A stretch of 64,000 nt of DNA from Candidatus Eiseniibacteriota bacterium (GCA_965224245.1 OZ245046.1:6272001-6336000); one strand, 5' to 3'; positions 1 to 10,436 are shown, counted from the first letter of the stretch. Notes: generated from the sequence alone by a model not told the origin. Made by a program: numbers and translations.

Positions 1-170
1 TGATCCAGAGATGAAGTAAGTCGCGACGGTGCAAACGATGTGGCGATCACGTCCCCTCGCGGAGCGGATCGCGGGCTGCTATTGCACCGATGGGTCGCTG
101 AACGCGTGCGCTTCCACTCCGCCCGGTGTTGTCCTCGGGTAGACCAAACCCCGTCCAAAGGAGACCCTTC

Positions 171-3100
171 ATGCCCCGATCCTGGACTCGTCGCCCCGGG
201 CTTCATGTCACCGTGGCAGCAATCGGACTCGTCCTGCTCTCCGGTGCTCCCGAGGCCCACCTCTCCATCATCCGTCAGGGAGCGGAGACGGCGGGTGCCA
301 ACGAGGCAGGAGACGGTCTCGGGGGAGCCGTCGCCGTGGGTGACTTCGACGGCAACGGCTTCGACGACCTCGCCATGGGCGCCCCCTACGAGGACGTCGG
401 CACGACCGCCAATGCCGGAGCGGTGGCCGTGAACTACGCCGACGGCCTGGGCGTGAGCCATGAGGATGCGCAGATCTGGACCGCCGCGGAGATGACCGGG
501 CCCGTACAGCAGAACGCGTTTCTGGGGTACTCCCTGGCCGCCGCCGACCTCGACCAGGACGGCTTCGAGGATCTCATCGTGGGCGCTCCCTACGAGACGA
601 TCGGCGGCAACTTCGCCGCCGGCGCCTTCTACGTCCTGCGCGGCTCGGCGCTCGGGCTCCAGCCCTGGCTTCGCCGCGACCAGGCCGACTTCGGGTCCGG
701 GACCGAGTACAACGACCGCTTCGGGTGGAGCGTGGTCGCCGGCAACTGGAACGGCGACGCCTACCCCGACGTCGCCGTCGGCGCGCCCGGCGAGAACGAC
801 CTCAAGGGCGCCGTGATCTGGGTGCTCTCGACGGCCTCGGGCCCGGTCGGATCGTCCACCCACATCGACCTCGGGCACGCGGGCGTCACGCCCAGCGCGG
901 GCGAGCAGCTCGGCTTCTCGCTGGCCGCCGGCGACGTGATGGGCGGACCGGAGGACGAGGTCATCATCGGGGTCCCCTACATGGACGACGCCGGCTTCGA
1001 GTACGGCGCGATCGTGGTCACACCGGGATCCCCCTCCGGACCCGATCGCTCCGCGTCGATCCTGTACCGACAGGATCAGGTGAGCCCGGGCGGTTCGCAG
1101 CGATTCAGTCAGTTCGGCCGGTCCGTCGCCGCCGGCCGCCTCATGGGTGGTGGGTACGACGCGGTGGCAGTCGGTGCGCCCTTCCACAACGTGGGTGGGA
1201 CCACCGACGCCGGCCAGGTCGTGGTGGTTCCGGGCTCGGCGGGAGGGCTCGATGTGTCGGGTGCGATCGCGGTCACCGACGCGGCCACCGGCGGCGTGGC
1301 CGAGAACGGCGACAACTTCGGGCTCGCGGTCGAGGTCGGGTACTTCTGGGATCCGGCCGACGGCTACGAGGATCTCGCGGTCGGCGCGCCGGGCCAGGAC
1401 TTCACCTCCATCGCCTCCGCCGGCACCGTGCAGATTCTGAACGGCGGCCCGGGAGGGCCGACGGGCGCCCACGGCTGGAGCGCGTTCAATCAGGGCACCC
1501 TGAACGAGTACGCCGAGGACATCGACCAGCTCGGTGCGTCGCTCGCGTTCGGATACTTCGACATCAGCGGCAACGGCAACCTCGCGGTAGGAGCACCGGG
1601 CGAGGACGACGGTGCCGGCATGGTGCACGTGATCGCGCCCTGGCGGCAGGTCTACAACCTCTCCTGCGAGCGCTCGGTGGTGCTCGACTGTGACCAGAAC
1701 CTCTACTTCTCGCAGAAGCCCTTCGACCAGGTGCTGATCGCGTCGACCACGAAGATCATGACCGTCGCCCTGGCCCTCGAGTGGGCCGCCATGGGGGAGG
1801 TCTCCCTGGACGACGTCTACGTGGTGCCCGGCTGGGTGGCAAACGACAACATCCCGGGCTCGAAGGTGCCGCTGGAGGAGGGCGAGTCGATCACGCTGAG
1901 AGACCTCATCTACACCTGCCTCATGCTCTCCGGCAACGATGCCGCCTACGCGATCGCCGACCACATCATGGACGGCAAGGGGCCGGACGATCCCATGGGG
2001 GTGCCCAACTTCATCACGCTCATGAACCACAAGGCCGGGCTCATCGGGATGAACGACACGCACTTCAACAACCCGGCCGGGCTCGAGGTCGAGCCGGTGG
2101 GACCGGACCTCGGCGAGCACTACTCGACGCCGCAGGACATGGCTACGTTGAGCAGCTGGGCCATGGGCACCGGCGCGTTCCGGGACGTCGCGGGCACCAC
2201 GCGCTGGGAGATGGTGCGACAGTTCATCGAGTTCCCCCACTACTGGGAGTTCAACAACATCTTCAACGGCGTGCTCATGAACGGCATCGAGCCGATGAGC
2301 GGGATCAAGGGCGGCTACACGAACCTGGCCGGGACCACGGGCTGCTTCGCCGCGGAGTCGCCCACCGGTGGTCGCGCCATCGCCACGTCGTTCACGACCC
2401 CGAACCCACCCGACGACTACGTGTCCGACGCGGCGCGGCTCGTGCAGCTCGGCCTTCAGGGGTGCGGATACTTCTACGCGCTCCCCGACGACTACCCCGT
2501 CAACGAGCCCTTCGACCTGGGGGACATCTCCTCGGGCGACGGGGTCCGGACCGGGGCGAGCTCGGCCATCCCAGCCATGTGGGAGGGCGACATGGAGTTC
2601 TCGGCGTTCCGCACTGCCTGGGGAGGGAGCGATCCCTCGTCGATGGACCTCTGCATCACCCACCGGGTCGAGATCGCGGGCGCCGTCGCGCACGACCTCG
2701 GGGCGACGAACCTGACCGCTCACGGACCGATCACCATCACCAACCGGCATCCTCTCACCGCGATCGGGCAGATCACCTTGCCGTATGGTGTGGAGGACAT
2801 CGTGCTCGAGCCCGGGGAGACGCTCACGCTCCCCGAGCGATCCGACGGCTGGGCGAGCTTCCCCATCGAGATCCGCACCTTCGGGGATGATTACCTCGAG
2901 GTCGACGTCGTCATTCCCTACTGCTTCGACGTGTCGAGCACCGGGCCGCCCCACGGAGATCCCGTGTTCCAGGCCACGCTCCTTCGCGACGTCGCGATCC
3001 CCCAGGACGCGATCGAGGTGCGCACGCTCGGACACGACGCCGAGGCCAACCTGTACTCGCTCGTCGGGCACGCGCCCGGTGCCGTGGTCGACGTTTCCGA

Positions 3101-3413
3101 GGACGTGGGCGACGCCACGGTGGGTGACGTACCTCTCGTACGGCTCCGGGCCGCGCATCCGAACCCGTTCCGCAGTGGTAGCCGCATCGGCTTCGACCTG
3201 CATTCGGCCGGCGCGGTCGGCGTCGAGATCTACGACGTGTCCGGGCGACTCGTCCGGAGCTACGACCCCGTCGCCATGACGCCCGGTGCCTGGGGCGTGC
3301 GCTGGGACGGCCGCGCGGAGGCGGGGCTCCCCGTTGCGGCAGGGACGTACCTCTACCACGTGACCGTCGATGGTGAGGTCGCGGCGATGGGCAAGATGGT
3401 CCGCATCGACTGA
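171..3413 (+). CDS. Secreted FG-GAP beta-propeller + D-Ala-D-Ala carboxypeptidase (peptidase S11) + FlgD-Ig/T9SS-like CTD
   Basis: ATG 171 follows AAGGAG, then a signal-like N-terminus. Seven FG-GAP repeats (GDFDGNGFDDLAMGAP etc.), PBP motifs ASTTK (SxxK), SGN (SxN), HFNNPAGL and KGG (KTG-like). C-terminal HPNPF...IYDVSGRLVR...WDG...GTYLY. Confidence 0.88.
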   Translation: MPRSWTRRPGLHVTVAAIGLVLLSGAPEAHLSIIRQGAETAGANEAGDGLGGAVAVGDFDGNGFDDLAMGAPYEDVGTTANAGAVAVNYADGLGVSHEDAQIWTAAEMTGPVQQNAFLGYSLAAADLDQDGFEDLIVGAPYETIGGNFAAGAFYVLRGSALGLQPWLRRDQADFGSGTEYNDRFGWSVVAGNWNGDAYPDVAVGAPGENDLKGAVIWVLSTASGPVGSSTHIDLGHAGVTPSAGEQLGFSLAAGDVMGGPEDEVIIGVPYMDDAGFEYGAIVVTPGSPSGPDRSASILYRQDQVSPGGSQRFSQFGRSVAAGRLMGGGYDAVAVGAPFHNVGGTTDAGQVVVVPGSAGGLDVSGAIAVTDAATGGVAENGDNFGLAVEVGYFWDPADGYEDLAVGAPGQDFTSIASAGTVQILNGGPGGPTGAHGWSAFNQGTLNEYAEDIDQLGASLAFGYFDISGNGNLAVGAPGEDDGAGMVHVIAPWRQVYNLSCERSVVLDCDQNLYFSQKPFDQVLIASTTKIMTVALALEWAAMGEVSLDDVYVVPGWVANDNIPGSKVPLEEGESITLRDLIYTCLMLSGNDAAYAIADHIMDGKGPDDPMGVPNFITLMNHKAGLIGMNDTHFNNPAGLEVEPVGPDLGEHYSTPQDMATLSSWAMGTGAFRDVAGTTRWEMVRQFIEFPHYWEFNNIFNGVLMNGIEPMSGIKGGYTNLAGTTGCFAAESPTGGRAIATSFTTPNPPDDYVSDAARLVQLGLQGCGYFYALPDDYPVNEPFDLGDISSGDGVRTGASSAIPAMWEGDMEFSAFRTAWGGSDPSSMDLCITHRVEIAGAVAHDLGATNLTAHGPITITNRHPLTAIGQITLPYGVEDIVLEPGETLTLPERSDGWASFPIEIRTFGDDYLEVDVVIPYCFDVSSTGPPHGDPVFQATLLRDVAIPQDAIEVRTLGHDAEANLYSLVGHAPGAVVDVSEDVGDATVGDVPLVRLRAAHPNPFRSGSRIGFDLHSAGAVGVEIYDVSGRLVRSYDPVAMTPGAWGVRWDGRAEAGLPVAAGTYLYHVTVDGEVAAMGKMVRID

Positions 3414-3480
3414 GGCCATCGACGCGGGGGAAGGCGGGCCACCCGGTGCCGCGTTCGATCACACGCGCGTGGCCGAGTGA

Positions 3481-3506
3481 GCGGGCTCGGTCCACCCCGA
3501 GCCCGC
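3481..3506 (+). terminator. Strong hairpin downstream of the first CDS (possible terminator)
   Basis: GCGGGCTCGG-tccacc-CCGAGCCCGC, perfect 10-bp stem; no U-tract. Confidence 0.4.
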
Positions 3507-3520
3507 CTACGGCGACGCCG

Positions 3521-3550
3521 TTGCGCGACATGCACGTGTCTCGATACAAT
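3521..3550 (+). promoter_or_regulatory. Candidate sigma70-type promoter for the PhoX-like gene
   Basis: TTGCGC-N18-TACAAT, 37 nt upstream of ATG 3588. Confidence 0.4.
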
Positions 3551-3587
3551 CGTGGTGCTCCGGACTCCTCATTCGGGAGCTGCCGCC

Positions 3588-5027
3588 ATGCCGCTTCGGG
3601 AACGCATCCGCTCGCTCGCGCTCGGTCTCGCCGTCGCGTGCGCCGCCTCCGCCACGAGAGCCCTCGCCGACATGGAGGTGCTGATCCCCGGCGGCAGCCG
3701 GACGATCCTCGCGACCGCCACCGACACGCTCGTCACGGGCGAGACGATCCGCGGCGACTTCGACAAGCTCTTCTGGTTCCCCGACGCATCGCAGGACCAG
3801 GGTCACCTCTTCATGAACCACGAGCTCGACTCGCCCGACGGCGGACTCTCCCGCCTCACCTACGTGGACGGATCGGTGACGTCGATCGAGAACTGGGTCA
3901 TCGGAACGCACAACAACTGCTCGGGCAACATCTCGTCCTGGGGCACGATTCTCTCGTGCGAGGAGTTTCCGCCCGCCGGCGCCTTCACGGTCGGGTACAT
4001 CGTCGAGGTCGATCCGACCACCCCGCACGTGTGGGCTCGGCGACACGCCATGGGCCGCTTCTCCCACGAGTCGATCATCGAGGACCCGCTGACCGGCGAC
4101 ATCTACATGACCGACGATCAGAACGACGGCGTCTTCTTCAAGTTCATCGCCGACACCCCCGGGGACCTGACCAGCGGCTCGCTCTACGCACTTCGTGAGC
4201 CGACCCGCGACTGGGTGCTCGTGACCGACATGCTCAATCCCCGCGATCAGGCGCTCGCCCTCGGGGCCACGGCGCGGCCACGCCCCGAGGGCCTGGCGTA
4301 CAACGCGATCGACGACAAGATCTATCTCAGCGTCACCGGCATCGACGGCGACGCGGACTCCGGGCTCGGCTATCTCATGCGCTTCGACCCCCGTACGAAC
4401 GAGATGGTCCGCTGGCTCGACGGCAGCCTGTCGACCTTCGCGAACCCGGACAACGTCGAGATCGACTCGCAGGGCAACCTGCTCGTGCACGAGGACAAGT
4501 ACAGCCGCGTCGTCGCGGAGACCGGACCGAACCGCCTGATCCTGGTTCGCCTCAACACGTCGATGATGGTGATCATGGTCGGTCTGGACACCATCGGCGA
4601 GGTCACCGGGCTCGAGTGGGGCGGCAGCGACGACCGCTTCTTCGTCTGCTGGATGGGCGGCACGTGGCCCGAGCGGCACCAGGTCATGGAGGTGAACCTG
4701 CCGGACGGGTGGAACGACCCGCCGGTCGATGTGGCGACGGCGGCGGCGCCTCGCGCACTCGGTCTCACGGTTGCGCCGAACCCGTTCTCCGTCTCGACGC
4801 GCATCGGGGCCGATGCGCCGGCAGGCGGGCCGTTGACGCTCGGTGTCTTCGATGCGCGCGGGGCGCGGATCCGTTCGCTCGACGCGGGGCAACGCGGCGC
4901 GGAGGCGTTCCGCATCCGATGGGACGGTCGCGACGACGATGGACGGCGCGTGGCCCCGGGAACCTACTTCGTGCGATTGCGGGACGGCGACCGGGCGGTC
5001 ACCGAACGTGTCGTTCGCCTCGAATGA
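3588..5027 (+). CDS. phoX: PhoX-family (DUF839) alkaline phosphatase with CTD
   Basis: Motifs MNHE, HNNCSG, SWGTILSCEE, MGRFSHE, IYMTDD, RPEG, NPDNV and HED are typical of PhoX. Sec-type signal peptide; CTD with APNPF...WDGRD...GTYF. Confidence 0.82.
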   Translation: MPLRERIRSLALGLAVACAASATRALADMEVLIPGGSRTILATATDTLVTGETIRGDFDKLFWFPDASQDQGHLFMNHELDSPDGGLSRLTYVDGSVTSIENWVIGTHNNCSGNISSWGTILSCEEFPPAGAFTVGYIVEVDPTTPHVWARRHAMGRFSHESIIEDPLTGDIYMTDDQNDGVFFKFIADTPGDLTSGSLYALREPTRDWVLVTDMLNPRDQALALGATARPRPEGLAYNAIDDKIYLSVTGIDGDADSGLGYLMRFDPRTNEMVRWLDGSLSTFANPDNVEIDSQGNLLVHEDKYSRVVAETGPNRLILVRLNTSMMVIMVGLDTIGEVTGLEWGGSDDRFFVCWMGGTWPERHQVMEVNLPDGWNDPPVDVATAAAPRALGLTVAPNPFSVSTRIGADAPAGGPLTLGVFDARGARIRSLDAGQRGAEAFRIRWDGRDDDGRRVAPGTYFVRLRDGDRAVTERVVRLE

Positions 5028-5138
5028 TCGACGTGCGAGCAACCGCCGAGTCGACCGCGGCGGCGACATCGACCCCGGGACCTGGGTAGCCGCGAGACGA
5101 GACGCATTCGGGACACGACGAAACCCTCGGGGGACTTC

Positions 5139-8100
5139 ATGCGCTTCACCGTGACGGCCGCTCTTCTCGCTTTCCTCGCGACGACGTCCGCTCAGGGCAC
5201 GACCGTCACCGTGGTCGACGAAGGATCGAGCCTTCGCATTCACGTCGACCTCACCGAGGCCGCCGTGGAGGTGGCGCGCGGGGAGCCGTTCGACATCGTC
5301 GACCTCGACGGGGGGCATCTCTCTGCCGACACACCGGCCGGGTACCCTCTCTTGCCGGAGATCCCGATCGCTCTCGCGCTCCCCGCGGGCATGACGCTCG
5401 GAGCCGCACACGCCGGCACCGGCGAGCCGGAGCGCGTCGCGGGGTCGGTGGTCCCTCGGCCTGCGCCCGACCCCGACCTCCCGGACGAGCCGGCGGCGCC
5501 GGATCCGGCGATCTACTCGGGATGGGCTCCCCATCCCGCATCGGTCGTGAGGTCGGTTCGGACCGGCTGGTGCCGCGGGCTCGCCGTCGGAACCCTGGCG
5601 ATCGCGCCGCTGCGCTACGTCGGCGCCGCGCGAACGCTCGAGGTCTACCGAGACATCGTGGTCGACGTCGAGCTCGTCCCCGAGGACCCGGGCCTCGCGC
5701 GGCTGCGACGACACCCGTCCCGGTCGTGGGCCGACGACGAGGCGACGATCGAGTGGCTCCGGCGCACGGTGGCGAACCCCGAGGCGGTGGATGCGACCCG
5801 GAGCCGCGCCGGTGCGCGAACGCCGTCGCGGGAGGTGTTCGGCGGGTTCCATCCGACCGAGCGCCCGTCGACCGACGGATCTCCGGTGCGATACGTCATC
5901 GTCACCGACGACGTCGCGCTCGACGGACATTCGATCGGCTCGCTGACGGCGATCTTCCAGGAGCTGGCCGACTGGAAGACCTCGAAGGGCATGCCGGCCG
6001 TCGTGCGAACGTTGAGCTGGGTGCGGGCGACCTACCCCGGACACGACGACCCGGACAGGCTCCGCAACTTCCTCATCGACGCCTACGAGCTCTGGGGCAC
6101 CGACTACCTGCTCCTCGGCGGCGACCTGAGCGTCGTTCCCGCCCGGCGCTTCAACGGGCTCAATCTCGGGCTCGGCGACGCACCGGCCGACGTCTACTAC
6201 GGCGGCCTCGACAACGACTGGGATCTCGACGACGACGGTCGCTACGGCGAGCGGACCCGCGATGCCGGCGCGAGCGATCCGTTCTGGGACCTCTTCGTGG
6301 GCCGGGCGCCGGTCGAGACCCAGGCCGAGGCCGAGGTGTTCGTGTCGAAGTCGTTGAGCTACGTGCGCGAGTCGGGCGGCCCCGGCGCCGGCGGATACGA
6401 CCCGACCTACTACGATCGCATGCTCCTCATGGCCGGGCTCGGCAACTGTGCCGACTGGGGGCGCACCTGTAACGGGCTCTTCGTGGCCGAGACGATCGCG
6501 CGCCGCCTCGTTCCGCCGACGATGAGCCGTCAGCGCCTCTACCAGCAGCTCTGGGACTCGAGCGCGAGCTGCTCGTACCACGAGACGTACAACGAGCTCC
6601 TCGGCGTGCCCGACGAATCCTGGACGGTGAGCGCCGCGATGGGGGCGCTCAATGCCGGCGTCGGGTTCGTCCACCACTTCGAGCACTCGAACCCCTATCT
6701 CGAAGGCGGCGCCAGCGGCGGGTTCGGCTGCTCGGCGAGCATGGGAGGCGCCATCGGTCGCGAGCACGTCGATCTGCTGACGAACGCACCCAACTGGAGC
6801 ATCGTCTACTCCACCGGCGCCGGCGTGAACGCGTACGACTACGACTCGGTGTCCGAGCACTGGATCCTGAACCCCGAAGGCGGCGCCGTCGCCTACATCG
6901 GGAAGACACGAAGCGGCACCACCTACGTGACCGGCGATGCCGACACCCTGAGCTTCCTGTCGATCTTCCAGAACGGCACCGACATGGGACAGACGCTCGC
7001 GTTCGCGACGCAGTCGCTTCTGTTCAGCGTCGACCGCGCCGTGGCGTCCTTCGCGCTCCTGGGAGACCCGGAACTCCTGCCGTTCACGACCTCGCCGACC
7101 GGGATCAACGTCTCGCTGACGCCTCCCGATCCGGTCGTCGGCGATCAGACGATCCGCGTGACGGTCTCGGAGCTCGGGACCGGCGTGATGGTGGACGGTG
7201 CGCGCGTCGCGCTCGTCAGCGGCGACGACGTGTACGCATGTGGGCGAACGGCGTCCGATGGGACGGTGGATCTGGCGGTCTCGCTCTCCGCGGAGGCGCC
7301 GCTCACGGTGACCGCCACCGCGCGCAATCACGTCCCGACCCGGAAGGTGTTCCAGGTCGGCGCCTCCTCGGCGCCGCACGTCGTCTACTCGCTGCACGAG
7401 GCCCTCGACGACTCGCTCGCCGTCGCGAACGGCGATGGCATCGTCGATGCCGGCGAGGTCGTCGAGGTCGTGACGACGATCCGGAACGAGGGTGCCGACC
7501 TCACGGCCGGCAGCGTCACGATCGAGCCGATCGGTGCCGTCTCCTTCAACGTCGCGATCGACGGAGCCTGCGATCCGAGCTACGTCGTCATCGGCCGCGC
7601 CGGCTCGGCGCCGGGCAATTGCGAGCCCTCGTTCCCCACGATCGAGTTCGCCGGAGTCGATCCGCACGGACGGCCGCTCCGACTGGCCGAGACGTCCGAC
7701 CCGGGCCTCTTCTTGTGGCGCGACGGGGCGCGCTGGACCGTGTCGAGCCGCGGTGCGGACGACGTGTCGCCCCCGAGCACGGCGGTGCACGGGATCGTCC
7801 GCGTCCCCGGCGGCGTGACCGATGCCGAGGCCGGCGGGCTCGAGGCCGGCGATGGGTGGAGCCTCACGACCGACGGACTCGAGTTCGACTTCTCGGTCGA
7901 TGCGACCGCTGACTACGACAGCCTGAGCTTCACGGCTCGCGAGGATGCGTGGGTCGTCGTCGGATCGGATCCCGTGGCCGTGGGGACGCTACTGTCCGAC
8001 GAGTCCGCGTCGGTCTCGTTCCTCGTGCATCCCCTCGCCGAGAGTCCCGACGGCCACGTGCCGCGACTCGAGCTCGCGGTCGTGGATGGCGTGGGAGAGC

Positions 8101-10436
8101 CGGCCGGACGATCCTCGTTCGAGATGCCGATCGTGGCCCCGGTACTCACGTACGTGTCGCAGTCGGTCCTGGCGGACGGGGAGACGTTCACGATCACGCC
8201 CACCGTGCGCAACACCGGGCGAGGCAACGCCGATGGCGTCGAGCTCCGCCTCGTCGCGACCGCGGGAGCGCCCACGGTGGTCGATTCCGTCCTCGCGATC
8301 GGTTCACTGGTGCCGGGCGCCGAGGTCGAAGCAGCCGGCGGATTCGTGCTCAACACGGCCGATCCGTCGAACGTGCGGTACTCGGTCGTCGCGAGCAGTG
8401 CGCGACCGGACGGGACGACGCTCTCCCGGGTGCACGAGGAGGGCGACCTGATCCCGCCGTGCGCACCGACCGGACTGTGGGTCGATCTCATCGGAAGTCA
8501 CGGTGCGCGGTGCAAGTGGCAAGCGCCCGACGGCGGATGCGCGCCCGACCTCGCCGGCTATCACGTCTACCGGCGGCTCGCGGGCGAGGTCGAGTTCGTG
8601 CGCGTCTACGCCGCCGATGCCGACAGCACGCGCTCGTTCACGGACGGGGGGTTGCCGGCGAACACGATGGTCGAGTACGTCGTGACGGCGGTCGACTCGG
8701 CCCGGAACGCGAGCTCGCCGAGCGCGGCGGCGGCGAATCAGACGTGGCTGCCCGAGCTACCCGGCTGGCCCCGTCAGGTCGATGCGGGAACGTTCGGCTC
8801 TCCGACGCTCGTCGATCTCGACGACGACGGCCGTCACGAGGTGCTGGTGCTGGGGAACGCGCTCTACGGCTGGCACGGCGACGGCACGCCCCTGGTGCCG
8901 GGCAGCGACGGCACGGTGTTCCGGACGCCCCGGCCTTACGACATCCTGGACCAGCCGGCCATCGGTGCGTTCTCGTCGACGCCCGCCGTCGCCGACCTCG
9001 ACGGCGACGGTGTGATGGAGATCGTCGTGTCGGCCTGGGACGACTCGCTGTGGGTCGTACACGAGGACGGCGAGGTGCTGTGGGGCCGCGAGTGCACGGC
9101 CAAGTACTCCTCCCCGGCGCTGGGCGATCTGGACGGCGACGGCGATCTCGAGGTCGTCGTGGGATCCCACCTCCCGAACGTCTATGCGTGGCACCACGAC
9201 GGGAGCTCGGTGGTCGGCGGGGGCACCGGCGGTCTGTTCGCGGTGCTGGGAGACGGCGCGGTCTACAACTACTCGACGCCGGCGCTCGTCGATCTCGACG
9301 GCGACGCCACGACGAAGGAGGTCGTGTTCACCTCGCACAAGGGCAACGTGTACGCGTGGCGAGGCGACGGCGCGTCGCTCTGGAGCCGGTTCACCGGAGC
9401 ATCGAGGCCCCTCTCGACGCCGGCCTTCGGAGACGTGGATCGCGACGGCGTACTCGAGGCGGTCGTGGCGCAGGGAAGCTCCGGCGTTCCCGACGGCGGG
9501 GCCAACCAGCTTCTCGTCCTGAACGCGGTCACCGGTCAGATCGAGAAGTCGTGGTCGGGCGCGACGCACATTCCCGGCGGGCTCCACTCGGCGGGCAACA
9601 TCATTCACGCACCCGCGCTGGCCGACATCGACGGCAACGCGGATCTCGAGATCCTCGTCGGCACAGAGGGCGACGTACCGCCCCTGTCGGAGGACGGCGC
9701 GACCGTCGTGATCTTCGACCACGACGCCGCCACGCACCGGGCGATCTGCCAGGACGAGATGCCCGAATCCCAGCTCGGCATGACCGGACAGGACGTGAAC
9801 GCCCAGCCGATCGTCGCGGAGATGGACGGCGATGCGACGCTCGAGGTCCTCGTCGGATCGAACACGTTCGGGCTCTACCTGTTCGACACCGCGGGCGCGT
9901 GCGACGCCGAGGACGGGTGGCCACTCCTCCTGGGCGGCGAGATCGAGGGCACGCCCGCGCTCGGCGACATCGACGGCGACGGCAGCCTGGACGTCGTGGT
10001 CCGCGGGCGGGACGACTGGGTGCACGCGTTCGACTTCGACGTCCCCTACGACCCCGACACCATTCACTGGGGACAGTACGCGCACGACCCCTCGCACACG
10101 TCCCAGCACGACACGCCGCCGAGCACGATCGGCTCCCCTCCCGGGGAGGTTCCGCCGCCGACGCTTCGTCTGGACGCGAGCACGCCCAACCCGTCGAACG
10201 ATCGGGCCACGATTCGCTTCGGTCTGCCGGGTCGCGCGCACGTTCGTCTCCGGATCTACGGCGTCGAGGGGCGACTCGTCCGTACGCTCATCGACGGCGT
10301 GCTGGACGGCGGCTACGCGGAGGCCGTGTGGGACGGTCGCGACGCTCGGGGACGTCGTACGCCGAGCGGAACGTACTTCTGCCACCTCGAGACCGGGGGC
10401 GAGGTGGTGGTGCGAAAGCTGCTGATTCTGCGCTGA
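5139..10436 (+). CDS. Gingipain-family (C25) protein with propeptide, Ig/CARDB/FN3-like domains, FG-GAP/VCBS repeats and CTD; possibly catalytically inactive
   Basis: YVIVT, LADWKTSKG, YLLLGGD, ADVYY, LFVGRAP, GGAVAYIG and LLGDP of C25. LAGYHVYR (FN3-like), repeated ADLDGDG, CTD PNPSN. STGA stands where the catalytic Cys is expected. Confidence 0.88.
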   Translation: MRFTVTAALLAFLATTSAQGTTVTVVDEGSSLRIHVDLTEAAVEVARGEPFDIVDLDGGHLSADTPAGYPLLPEIPIALALPAGMTLGAAHAGTGEPERVAGSVVPRPAPDPDLPDEPAAPDPAIYSGWAPHPASVVRSVRTGWCRGLAVGTLAIAPLRYVGAARTLEVYRDIVVDVELVPEDPGLARLRRHPSRSWADDEATIEWLRRTVANPEAVDATRSRAGARTPSREVFGGFHPTERPSTDGSPVRYVIVTDDVALDGHSIGSLTAIFQELADWKTSKGMPAVVRTLSWVRATYPGHDDPDRLRNFLIDAYELWGTDYLLLGGDLSVVPARRFNGLNLGLGDAPADVYYGGLDNDWDLDDDGRYGERTRDAGASDPFWDLFVGRAPVETQAEAEVFVSKSLSYVRESGGPGAGGYDPTYYDRMLLMAGLGNCADWGRTCNGLFVAETIARRLVPPTMSRQRLYQQLWDSSASCSYHETYNELLGVPDESWTVSAAMGALNAGVGFVHHFEHSNPYLEGGASGGFGCSASMGGAIGREHVDLLTNAPNWSIVYSTGAGVNAYDYDSVSEHWILNPEGGAVAYIGKTRSGTTYVTGDADTLSFLSIFQNGTDMGQTLAFATQSLLFSVDRAVASFALLGDPELLPFTTSPTGINVSLTPPDPVVGDQTIRVTVSELGTGVMVDGARVALVSGDDVYACGRTASDGTVDLAVSLSAEAPLTVTATARNHVPTRKVFQVGASSAPHVVYSLHEALDDSLAVANGDGIVDAGEVVEVVTTIRNEGADLTAGSVTIEPIGAVSFNVAIDGACDPSYVVIGRAGSAPGNCEPSFPTIEFAGVDPHGRPLRLAETSDPGLFLWRDGARWTVSSRGADDVSPPSTAVHGIVRVPGGVTDAEAGGLEAGDGWSLTTDGLEFDFSVDATADYDSLSFTAREDAWVVVGSDPVAVGTLLSDESASVSFLVHPLAESPDGHVPRLELAVVDGVGEPAGRSSFEMPIVAPVLTYVSQSVLADGETFTITPTVRNTGRGNADGVELRLVATAGAPTVVDSVLAIGSLVPGAEVEAAGGFVLNTADPSNVRYSVVASSARPDGTTLSRVHEEGDLIPPCAPTGLWVDLIGSHGARCKWQAPDGGCAPDLAGYHVYRRLAGEVEFVRVYAADADSTRSFTDGGLPANTMVEYVVTAVDSARNASSPSAAAANQTWLPELPGWPRQVDAGTFGSPTLVDLDDDGRHEVLVLGNALYGWHGDGTPLVPGSDGTVFRTPRPYDILDQPAIGAFSSTPAVADLDGDGVMEIVVSAWDDSLWVVHEDGEVLWGRECTAKYSSPALGDLDGDGDLEVVVGSHLPNVYAWHHDGSSVVGGGTGGLFAVLGDGAVYNYSTPALVDLDGDATTKEVVFTSHKGNVYAWRGDGASLWSRFTGASRPLSTPAFGDVDRDGVLEAVVAQGSSGVPDGGANQLLVLNAVTGQIEKSWSGATHIPGGLHSAGNIIHAPALADIDGNADLEILVGTEGDVPPLSEDGATVVIFDHDAATHRAICQDEMPESQLGMTGQDVNAQPIVAEMDGDATLEVLVGSNTFGLYLFDTAGACDAEDGWPLLLGGEIEGTPALGDIDGDGSLDVVVRGRDDWVHAFDFDVPYDPDTIHWGQYAHDPSHTSQHDTPPSTIGSPPGEVPPPTLRLDASTPNPSNDRATIRFGLPGRAHVRLRIYGVEGRLVRTLIDGVLDGGYAEAVWDGRDARGRRTPSGTYFCHLETGGEVVVRKLLILR

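Noticed and set aside
22-98. Long imperfect inverted repeat (CGGTGCAA...TTGCACCG) and a 14-nt match to about 31677
   Set aside because: No family recognised. A short GC-rich match is expected by chance, and upstream context is missing.
3507-7790. 1427-aa minus-strand ORF (and similar: 40957-44061, 27857-30163, 14608-16422, 58584-60287)
   Set aside because: These are antisense shadows of well-supported plus-strand genes. They are Arg/Val/Gly-rich, have no motifs, and are expected in GC-rich DNA.
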